Source of the DNA: an uncultured Alcaligenaceae bacterium
GTDB taxonomy: Bacteria > Pseudomonadota > Gammaproteobacteria > Burkholderiales > Casimicrobiaceae
Assembly (NCBI GenBank): GCA_964620265.1
Contig: CAZUGY010000002.1
Coordinates: forward strand, 13,504-77,503
DNA: 64,000 nucleotides
Direction: 5' to 3'
Shown: piece after piece, positions 19,221 to 26,595 of the stretch
Position numbering within the stretch: the stretch's first letter is position 1
How the letters are laid out: every line of letters begins with the position of its first letter
The notes under the pieces: generated by a model
Told to the model about the DNA's origin: nothing
What the model saw: only the letters and a program-made list of their open reading frames with translations
Databases searched by the model: none
Program-made: the position numbers and the translations under genes

Positions 19221-20870
19221 ATGAATCCCCTCGCCATCCAGCGCACTCCGGCGGCGCACGACACGCCGCTGATCCTCCGCCACATCCTCGAGCGCGGCGT
19301 CTCACAGGCCCCGCAGCAGGAGATCGTGTACGCCGACCAGGCGCGCCACACGTACACCACGCTCGCGGAGCGGATCGCGCGGCTGGCCTCCGGCCTCGCC
19401 GCGCTCGGCGTGCGCCCCGGCTCGACGGTGGGCGTGATGGACTGGGACAGCCACCGCTACCTCGAGTGCTTCTTCGCGATCCCGATGATGGGTGCGGTGC
19501 TGCACACGATCAACGTGCGCATCTCGCCGGACCAGATCCTCTACACCATCAATCACGCCGAAGACGACGTGATCCTGGTCAACGCCGAGTTCCTGCCCAT
19601 CCTGGAGGCGATCCAGCACAAGCTCCGGCGCGGCGTGAAGCTCGTGCTGCTCTGTGATCTGCCGGCCGCGCCGGCGTCGAGCCTCGCGTTCGCGCACGGC
19701 TACGAGGAGATGCTGGCATCCGCCCCGGCGTCGTACGCCTTTCCCGATCTTCCCGACGACACCCGCGCCACCACGTTCTACACGACGGGCACGACGGGCC
19801 TGCCGAAGGGCGTCTACTACAGCCATCGCCAGCTCGTGCTGCACACGCTGGCCATCGCGGAGGCCTTCGCGAATGCGCCGCACGCCTCGTTCACCGCGCG
19901 CGACGTGTACATGCCCGTCACGCCGATGTTCCACGTGCACGCGTGGGGGCTGCCCTATCTCGCGACCCTGCTCGGCGTGAAGCAGGTCTACCCGGGACGC
20001 TACGTGCCGGACAGGCTGCTCGCGCTCGTCACCCGCGAAGGCGTCACGTTCTCGCATTGCGTGCCGACGATCCTGTCGATGCTGCTCGGCAGCCCGGCGG
20101 TATCGGACGCGAACCTTGCCGGGTGGAAGATGATCATCGGCGGCTCGGCGCTCCCGCTGCCGCTCGCGCGCAAGGCCCTGGACTGCGGCATCGACGTGAT
20201 CGCCGGCTACGGCATGTCCGAGACCTGCCCGATCCTGACGCTCGCGCACCTGCGTCCGCACATGAGCGAATGGGACGTCGAGCGCAAGCTGCCGGTCCTC
20301 GTGCGCGCCGGGCGTCCGATTCCCTTCGTCGAGCTGCGCATCGTCGACGCGGACATGAACGACGTCCCGCACGACGGTGTGGCGCAGGGCGAGGTCGTGG
20401 TCCGCTCGCCCTGGCTCACGCAGGGCTACCTGCACGATCCCGAGCGCTCCGCCGAGCTCTGGCACGGCGGCTGGCTGCACACGGGCGACGTGGGCATCAT
20501 CGACACCGAGGGCTATCTCAAGATCGTCGACCGCATCAAGGACGTCGTGAAGACCGGCGGCGAGTGGGTCTCGTCGCTCGACATCGAGGACCTGGTGCTG
20601 CGCGTGCCCGGCATCGTCGAGGCCGCCGTCATCGGCGTGCCCGACGACAAGTGGGGCGAGCGCCCGGTGGCCTTCGTCGTGCGCAAGGGCGATGCCGGTG
20701 CGACCGAGGACGCCATCCGCCGTCACGTCCAGGACTTCGCGGATCGCGGCGCGATCTCGAAGTACGCCGTGCCGGACCGCGTGTACTTCGTCGAGGCGAT
20801 TCCGAAGACCAGCGTCGGCAAGCTCGACAAGAAGGTGATCCGCGCGCAGCTCGCGGCCCCCGCGAAGTGA
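19221..20870 (+). CDS. Medium/long-chain acyl-CoA ligase (AlkK/DmdB-like)
   Basis: YTTGTTGLPKG AMP-binding motif, PMFHVHAWG, GYGMSET, WLHTGD, DRIKDVVKTGGEW and PKTSVGKLDKK. Confidence 0.93.
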   Translation: MNPLAIQRTPAAHDTPLILRHILERGVSQAPQQEIVYADQARHTYTTLAERIARLASGLAALGVRPGSTVGVMDWDSHRYLECFFAIPMMGAVLHTINVRISPDQILYTINHAEDDVILVNAEFLPILEAIQHKLRRGVKLVLLCDLPAAPASSLAFAHGYEEMLASAPASYAFPDLPDDTRATTFYTTGTTGLPKGVYYSHRQLVLHTLAIAEAFANAPHASFTARDVYMPVTPMFHVHAWGLPYLATLLGVKQVYPGRYVPDRLLALVTREGVTFSHCVPTILSMLLGSPAVSDANLAGWKMIIGGSALPLPLARKALDCGIDVIAGYGMSETCPILTLAHLRPHMSEWDVERKLPVLVRAGRPIPFVELRIVDADMNDVPHDGVAQGEVVVRSPWLTQGYLHDPERSAELWHGGWLHTGDVGIIDTEGYLKIVDRIKDVVKTGGEWVSSLDIEDLVLRVPGIVEAAVIGVPDDKWGERPVAFVVRKGDAGATEDAIRRHVQDFADRGAISKYAVPDRVYFVEAIPKTSVGKLDKKVIRAQLAAPAK

Positions 20871-21415
20871 CCGAGCCCACCGTCCTGATCGTGCCCGGCC
20901 TGCGCGATCATGTGCCGGAGCATTGGCAGGCGCTGCTCGAGGCCCGGCTCCCCAACGCGCGCTGCGTGCCGCGGATGGAGCACGACAAGCTCTCGCGCGC
21001 GGCGTGGGTCGCGGCGCTCGACCAATCGCTCGCCGCGATCGACGGACCGGTGATCCTCGTCGCGCACAGCGCGGGCGTGCTCATCACCGTGCACTGGGCG
21101 CAGGAACACCGCCGTCCGATCCGCGGCGCGCTGCTCGCGACGCCGCCTGACCTGTCGCGCCCGCTGCCGGCCGGCTATCCGGCGCAGAGCGTGCTGCTCG
21201 CCAATGGGTGGCTGCCCACGCCCCGCGCGCGCCTGCCGTTTCCGAGCATCGTCGCGGCGAGCACGAACGATCCGCTCGCCGAGCCCGTCCACGTGGCCGC
21301 ACTCGCCAGCTCGTGGGGCAGCCGGCTCGTCGACGTCGGCGCGGTCGGACATCTCAATCCCGCCGCAGGCTACGGCCCATGGCCGCGCGCGGAAGCGCTG
21401 ATCGCCGAGCTCTGA
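20867..21415 (+). CDS. RBBP9/YdeN-family alpha/beta hydrolase
   Basis: GTG overlaps the ligase stop. LIVPGL, HWQ, VAHSAG (nucleophile Ser), ASTNDP and GHLN. Confidence 0.88.
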   Translation: MTEPTVLIVPGLRDHVPEHWQALLEARLPNARCVPRMEHDKLSRAAWVAALDQSLAAIDGPVILVAHSAGVLITVHWAQEHRRPIRGALLATPPDLSRPLPAGYPAQSVLLANGWLPTPRARLPFPSIVAASTNDPLAEPVHVAALASSWGSRLVDVGAVGHLNPAAGYGPWPRAEALIAEL

Positions 21416-21453
21416 ACGGACCAGACGGACGACGACGGACCGAGGCGGAGCAC

Positions 21454-21468
21454 TGTCGAGATTTGCAT
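21454..21468 (+). promoter_or_regulatory. Partial copy of the TGTC-N4-WTTGCA motif upstream of the DUF3302 operon
   Basis: TGTCGAGATTTGCAT differs from TGTCGAGTTTTGCAA (minus strand, 38574-38588) at 2 of 15 positions. It also overlaps the palindrome CGAGAT-ttgc-ATCTCG at 21457-21472. Confidence 0.4.
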
Positions 21469-21610
21469 CTCGGATGCTCGCGCAAGGATTGACGCCTTCC
21501 GCGGACACCGCGCTGCACCCCAGCGACAACCCGTGCCTGGCGCCGCGTCGGGACGCAGAAGCGGCGCCGCTGTAAACTCCGCTGCTATCCATCTGCTGGA
21601 GCACGTCCGC

Positions 21611-22162
21611 ATGCCTTTCCGGCCGCGCATTTTCGCCGCGATCCTGGCCCTTCTCGTACCGAGCGTCGCAAGCGCTTCCTTCCTTTCCGGTGACGCCCTC
21701 GACACCATGGCCGACTGGATCGCCATCGTGGTGCTCGTGGTCGTGCCAGCCGGCGTGATCGTGGTGTTCTGGATGATCCACGTCCTGCCCGAGAAGATCG
21801 CCGAGAAGCGGCACCATCCGCAGAAGGACGCGATCAACACGCTCTGCCTGCTCTCGCTCGTGTTCGGCGGGCTCCTGTGGCCCCTCGCCTGGATCTGGGC
21901 CTACACCAAGCCCGTGGCCTACCGGTCCGCCTACGGCACCGACAAGCACGACGACTGGTTCGCCGACATGGAGGCCCGCGCTCGCGCCGGCGACCTGAGC
22001 GACATCGAGCTCGGCGTGCTGCGCGACGAGCTCGACCATCGGGCCGGCGGCGGCCGCCTGCCGCCCGCGCTGGCGCGCTTGCGCCGCGAGCTCGACGAGC
22101 TGCCCGTGCGCCATGCCGCGCCGCCGGACGCCGCGCCGCCCGCCGCTGCCGGGGAGGCGTAG
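21611..22162 (+). CDS. DUF3302 (YiaW/YibI-like) small membrane protein
   Basis: IHVLPEKIAEKRHHPQKDAINTLCLLSLVFGGLLWPLAWIWAY is the family signature. It lies directly upstream of a HlyD gene. Confidence 0.82.
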   Translation: MPFRPRIFAAILALLVPSVASASFLSGDALDTMADWIAIVVLVVVPAGVIVVFWMIHVLPEKIAEKRHHPQKDAINTLCLLSLVFGGLLWPLAWIWAYTKPVAYRSAYGTDKHDDWFADMEARARAGDLSDIELGVLRDELDHRAGGGRLPPALARLRRELDELPVRHAAPPDAAPPAAAGEA

Positions 22163-22165
22163 CGC

Positions 22166-23392
22166 ATGGAAGCCCTCCTGCTCGGCATCTATTCGTTCTT
22201 CGTCTGGCTGATCTTCATCAAGTTCAAGTGGCTGCCGTGGAACATCACGTCGCAGGTCATCGTGGTGATCATCCCGGTGGTGGCGCTCACGGCGATGATC
22301 CTAACCCTCAATGTCGTGGCGCCCACCTCGGCCAACCTGCGCGTGTACAAGTACACGATCCCCATCGTGTCGCAGGTGCGGGGCCGCGTGCTCGAGGTAC
22401 CGGTGGAGGAAGGCAATCGCCTCGTCCGCAAGGGCGACGTCCTCTTCAAGGTGGATCCCACGCCCTACCAGCTCGACGTGGCGAGCCTCGAGGCACAGCT
22501 GGCGCTCGCCGAAGGCGGCCAGCGCGAAACGCAGGAGTCGCTGGGCGGGGCGGTGGCCAAGGTCGCGGAGTCGCGCGCCGCGATCGCGCAGGCCACCGCA
22601 CGGATATCGGAAGTGGATGCCAAGCTCGCGCTGGCGCGCAAGCGTGTCGACCAGTATCGCGAGCTCGTGACCTCGGGGGCGGGCAACCGCTTCGACCTCG
22701 AGGAGGCCGAGGCGAGCCTCGCCGAGCTTTCCGGCCAGCGCGAGGCCGCGCGCAGCGCCGAGGCACAGGCGCGCGCCGGCGAGGCGCAGGCGCAGGCGTC
22801 GGTGGCGCAGGTGCGGCAGAAGCTCGGCACCAAGGTCGACGGCGGCACCTACGCGCAGGTCGCGCAGATCCGGGCCCAGCTCGAGAACGCGCGCTGGCTG
22901 CTCGAGCAGACCACCACCGTGTCGCCCTGCGATTGCCACGTGATCAACCTGCAGCTGCGCGCCGGCGCCTTCGTGGCCGGGCTGCCGCTCAATCCGGTGA
23001 TGACGCTGGTGGAGGCCGACGGCCAGGTCGTCGCCTTCTATGCGCAGAACGAGCTCACGCGGGTGGCCGCCGGCGACGAGGCGGAGTTCGCGCTGCAGAC
23101 CTATCCCGGGCGCATCGTGAAGGGCAAGGTGGACTCGGTCGTGTGGGCCATCGGCCAGGGCTCGCTCCCGCCGAGCGGCACGATCCCGCTGTCGACACTC
23201 GCCACGCAGCCGCCGGGCCAGTTCGCGGTGAAGTTCGACCTCGCCGATCGCGACCGCGAGCTCTTCCTCGCCGCGGGCGCCGTGGGCCAGGCGGCCATCT
23301 ACACGCAATACGGCGCGATGCTGCACGTGGTGCGCAAGGTCATCCTGCGCGTGGGCTCGTACCTCAACTACCTCATCCTCAAGCTGCACTAG
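22166..23392 (+). CDS. HlyD-family membrane fusion protein (YiaV/YibH-like)
   Basis: Two N-terminal hydrophobic segments, IVSQVRGRVLEVPV, VRKGDVLFKVDPTPYQ, a coiled coil, and YPGRIVKGKVDSV. Confidence 0.9.
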   Translation: MEALLLGIYSFFVWLIFIKFKWLPWNITSQVIVVIIPVVALTAMILTLNVVAPTSANLRVYKYTIPIVSQVRGRVLEVPVEEGNRLVRKGDVLFKVDPTPYQLDVASLEAQLALAEGGQRETQESLGGAVAKVAESRAAIAQATARISEVDAKLALARKRVDQYRELVTSGAGNRFDLEEAEASLAELSGQREAARSAEAQARAGEAQAQASVAQVRQKLGTKVDGGTYAQVAQIRAQLENARWLLEQTTTVSPCDCHVINLQLRAGAFVAGLPLNPVMTLVEADGQVVAFYAQNELTRVAAGDEAEFALQTYPGRIVKGKVDSVVWAIGQGSLPPSGTIPLSTLATQPPGQFAVKFDLADRDRELFLAAGAVGQAAIYTQYGAMLHVVRKVILRVGSYLNYLILKLH

Positions 23393-23393
23393 G

Positions 23394-24866
23394 GTGACGA
23401 TCCGACGCATGGGCGCACACGCGAACGAACCCCGCGGCCGGCGCGGCATCGCCGCCTCGCTTGCCGCGGCGTGCGTGCTCGGCGGCTGCGCGCTGGCGCC
23501 GCCGCCTCCGGTGGAGGAAACGCGCACCACCGCCCTGCCGCAGGTCGTGGTGCCCGCGCACTACACGGCGCAGCCCGCGCCGACCGGCGCCGGCGCCGTC
23601 GTCGACGGCTGGATCGACACGTTCAACGATCCCGCGCTGACGACGCTCGTGCGCGAGGCGATCCTGTACAACAGCGACCTGCGGATCGCGCAGGCGCGCG
23701 TCGAGCAGGCGGCGGCGTATCTCAAGGTGGCGGGCGCCCTCCTCTATCCGCAGGTGAACCTCATGGGCCGCGGCGGCGGCCAGATGTCCGACAGCAGCGG
23801 CCTTTCCGGCGTGGGCATCTTCGCCAACTGGGAGCTCGACCTGTGGGGTCGCGTGCGCTCGGGCCAGGCCTTCGCGCGGGCGCAGTACGAGGCCACGCAG
23901 CTCGATGCGGAGTACGCGCGGCAATCGATCGCCGCCCTCGTGGCCAAGGGCTGGTTCCTCGCCATCGAGGCGCGCCTGCAGCGCGCGCAGGCCACGGCGA
24001 TGCGCGAGTCGGCCACGAAGCTCGTGGACCTCGCGCAGGACCGCCTGCGCGTGGGTCGCGGCGACGAATACGACGTGGCGCTCGCCCGCGCCAACGTCGC
24101 CACGCTGCGCGATACCGAGCGCAACCTCGAGGCGGCCTACCAGCAGGCGGTGCGCAGCCTCGAGACGCTCGTGGGACGCTATCCCGCCGCGGCGCTCGTG
24201 GCGCCGGCGCAGCTCACCGCCTGGCCGGGCGACGTGCCCGTGGGACTGCCCTCCGAGCTCCTCGAACGGCGCCCCGACGTCATCGCGGCGGAGCGGCGCG
24301 TGGCGGGTGCGTTCTACCGCACCGAGGAAGCCAAGGCCGCGCGGCTGCCGCGCATCACGCTCACGGCGAGCGTGACCTCGATCTCGAGCGAGCTCTTCGT
24401 GCTGAAGGCCACCGACAATCCCGTGTGGAGCCTGGGTGCCGGGTTGCTGCAGCCGCTCTTCCTGGGTGGCCAGCTGCAGGGCCAGGTCGAGCTGCGCACG
24501 GCCGAACAGCTGCAGACCGTGGCCGAATACGGCCGCACCGGTGCCCGCGCCTTCGCCGAGGTCGAGGATTCGCTGTCCAACGGCTTCGCGCTCGCCGACC
24601 GCGAGGCGCTGCTGGCCACGGCGGTGCGCGAGAACGCGCGCGCCTACGACTTGGCCGGCGTGCGCTACCGCGTAGGTGCCGGCGACCTGCGGGCCGTGCA
24701 GCAGCAACAGCTCGCGCTCTACGCCGCGCAGGTGCAGTTGCTGCGCGTGCAGGCCGAGCGCCTCGTGCAGCGGGTCAACCTCCACCTGGCCCTGGGCGGC
24801 AGCTTCGAATCGCCGCCGGTGCGGGCCGCCGCGGTGGCGCCCGCCCCGAGCGGAACGACCCAGTAG
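23394..24866 (+). CDS. Outer-membrane efflux factor lipoprotein (NodT/TolC family)
   Basis: Lipobox LGGC, NWELDLWGRVR, LLERRPDVIAAE and LHLALGGSF. Start may be the ATG at 23409. Confidence 0.92.
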   Translation: MTIRRMGAHANEPRGRRGIAASLAAACVLGGCALAPPPPVEETRTTALPQVVVPAHYTAQPAPTGAGAVVDGWIDTFNDPALTTLVREAILYNSDLRIAQARVEQAAAYLKVAGALLYPQVNLMGRGGGQMSDSSGLSGVGIFANWELDLWGRVRSGQAFARAQYEATQLDAEYARQSIAALVAKGWFLAIEARLQRAQATAMRESATKLVDLAQDRLRVGRGDEYDVALARANVATLRDTERNLEAAYQQAVRSLETLVGRYPAAALVAPAQLTAWPGDVPVGLPSELLERRPDVIAAERRVAGAFYRTEEAKAARLPRITLTASVTSISSELFVLKATDNPVWSLGAGLLQPLFLGGQLQGQVELRTAEQLQTVAEYGRTGARAFAEVEDSLSNGFALADREALLATAVRENARAYDLAGVRYRVGAGDLRAVQQQQLALYAAQVQLLRVQAERLVQRVNLHLALGGSFESPPVRAAAVAPAPSGTTQ

Positions 24867-24879
24867 GAAGCGCGCCGCC

Positions 24880-24911
24880 GCGCCTGCCCGGGTCTCGGGC
24901 CCGGCAGGCGC
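24880..24911 (+). terminator. GC-rich hairpin after the OMF gene (no U-tract)
   Basis: GCGCCTGCC (24880-24888) and GGCAGGCGC (24903-24911) form a perfect 9-bp stem. Confidence 0.4.
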
Positions 24912-24938
24912 TCCCGCACGGCACGCGCCGGGGGCGGT

Positions 24939-24967
24939 TCGACAAACCGCAGCGGCTGCGGTACAAA
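24939..24967 (+). promoter_or_regulatory. Sigma70-like promoter with a perfect palindromic operator in the spacer
   Basis: TCGACA (24939-24944), 17 nt spacer, TACAAA (24962-24967). ACCGCAGC-g-GCTGCGGT spans 24946-24962. Confidence 0.55.
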
Positions 24968-25041
24968 GCCGAAGCCCGTTTCCCCCGCTGCCTGCCGACA
25001 GCGTTCCCGCCTTGCCCGCCGCCCGCTTCGCCCCAGCTGCC

Positions 25042-26583
25042 ATGAATCCATCGCACGTCAAGCCACGCTCGCGCGTGGTGCGCCCCGTCATGGCCGCGCT
25101 TGCCGCGGCACTCCTCGTCGCCGGCTGCGGGCGGGAGCCGCCCAAGCCGCCCGAAAAGGGACCCGCCGAGGTCGCCGTGCAGACGATCCAGCGGGCGGAT
25201 GTGCCGATCGCCGCGGTCTACGTCGCGCAGACCCAGAGCTCGCAGGCGGTCAACATCCAGGCGCGGGTGTCCGGCTGGCTCGACAAGCGGCTGTATCGGG
25301 AGGGCTCCGTGGTGAAGAGCGGCCAGGTCCTCTTCCAGATGGACCCCAAGCCGTTCCAGGCGTCGCTCGCGGCCGCCCAGGCCGCGCTCCAGCGCAACCA
25401 GGCGGCCCTCACGGTCGCCCAGCAGAACCTGAACCGCACCAAGCCGCTGGCCCAGCAGAATGCGCTGTCGCAAAAGGACCTGGACGACGCGCAGGGGCAA
25501 TACGAGCAGTCCGCCGCCGCGGTGGAGCAGGCCAAGGCGCAGGTCACGCAGGCGCAGCTCGACCTCTCCTACACCACGATCCGCTCGCCGGTGGACGGCG
25601 TGTCGAGCTTCGCGGTCGTGGCCGACGGCACCTACCTGTCGCCTTCCAATTCGCAGCTCACCACGGTGTCGGTCCTCTCGCCGATGTGGGTCAACTTCAG
25701 CGTTTCCGAGAACGAGATGGAGCGCATCCGCAACGAGGTGCGCGCCGGGCAGCTCCGGCTGCCCGAGGGCGGACGCTTCGTCGTCGAGATCGAGATGGTC
25801 GACGGCAACCTCTTCCCCTACACGGGGGCGATCACGTTTGCCGATCCGTCGTACAACCCCACGACCGGCACCTTCCTCCTGCGCGCGACCGTCGACAATC
25901 CTGCGGGCGTGCTGCGGCCCAACCAGTACGTGCGCGTGCGCCTGAACGGCGCCGTGCGGCCGAATGCGATCGTCGTGCCGCAACGCGCCGTCCAGCAGAG
26001 TGCCAAGGGGCACTTCGTGTGGATCGTGAACAAGGACAACCACGCCGAGCTGCGTCCGGTCGTGGTCGGCCAGTGGAAGGGCGAGGGCTGGATCATCGCC
26101 GAGGGCCTCGACGACGGAGACCGGGTCGTCGTCGACGGCGGCATCCGGCTGGCGGAAGGCGCGCCGGTCAAGGCCACGCCCTACGTCGCGCCACCGCCCG
26201 CGCCCGCGACCGTGGGTCGCAGCGCGAGCGCAGGCACGGCCACGCTGCCCGCGCCGTATCCTGCGGCCACGCCGTCCAGCGTCTCGGTCTACTTCGACAA
26301 GGGTTCCGCCGCGCTCGACAGCAGCGCGGAGCGCACGCTGCGCTTCGCGGCGGCAGCATATGTGGGCATCGGCACCAGGGTTCTCGTCACGGGCCATGCC
26401 GACCGCACCGGCCATGCCGATGCGAACGTGGAGCTCGCGAAGAAGCGCGCCCAGGCCGTGCGTGACGGGCTCGTGCGGCTGGGCGTCGAGGCGCGGCGCA
26501 TCGAGCTCACGCCGCCGGCCAGCGTGACGGGATCGGGCAGCGACGACCAGGCGCGCCGCGTCGACCTGCGCGTGCAGCAGTAA
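25042..26583 (+). CDS. RND periplasmic adaptor lipoprotein with a C-terminal OmpA-like peptidoglycan-binding domain
   Basis: Lipobox LLVAGC and an AcrA-like body (IQARVSGWLDKR, TIRSPVDG, LRPNQYVRV). After a Pro/Ala linker comes VYFDKGSAAL...VTGHADRTG...ANVELAKKRAQAV...RRVDL. Confidence 0.9.
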   Translation: MNPSHVKPRSRVVRPVMAALAAALLVAGCGREPPKPPEKGPAEVAVQTIQRADVPIAAVYVAQTQSSQAVNIQARVSGWLDKRLYREGSVVKSGQVLFQMDPKPFQASLAAAQAALQRNQAALTVAQQNLNRTKPLAQQNALSQKDLDDAQGQYEQSAAAVEQAKAQVTQAQLDLSYTTIRSPVDGVSSFAVVADGTYLSPSNSQLTTVSVLSPMWVNFSVSENEMERIRNEVRAGQLRLPEGGRFVVEIEMVDGNLFPYTGAITFADPSYNPTTGTFLLRATVDNPAGVLRPNQYVRVRLNGAVRPNAIVVPQRAVQQSAKGHFVWIVNKDNHAELRPVVVGQWKGEGWIIAEGLDDGDRVVVDGGIRLAEGAPVKATPYVAPPPAPATVGRSASAGTATLPAPYPAATPSSVSVYFDKGSAALDSSAERTLRFAAAAYVGIGTRVLVTGHADRTGHADANVELAKKRAQAVRDGLVRLGVEARRIELTPPASVTGSGSDDQARRVDLRVQQ

Positions 26584-26595
26584 GGAGCGCCCGGC

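Noticed and set aside
21489-21494. TTGACG as the -35 of the DUF3302 operon
   Set aside because: No plausible -10 at 16-18 nt downstream.
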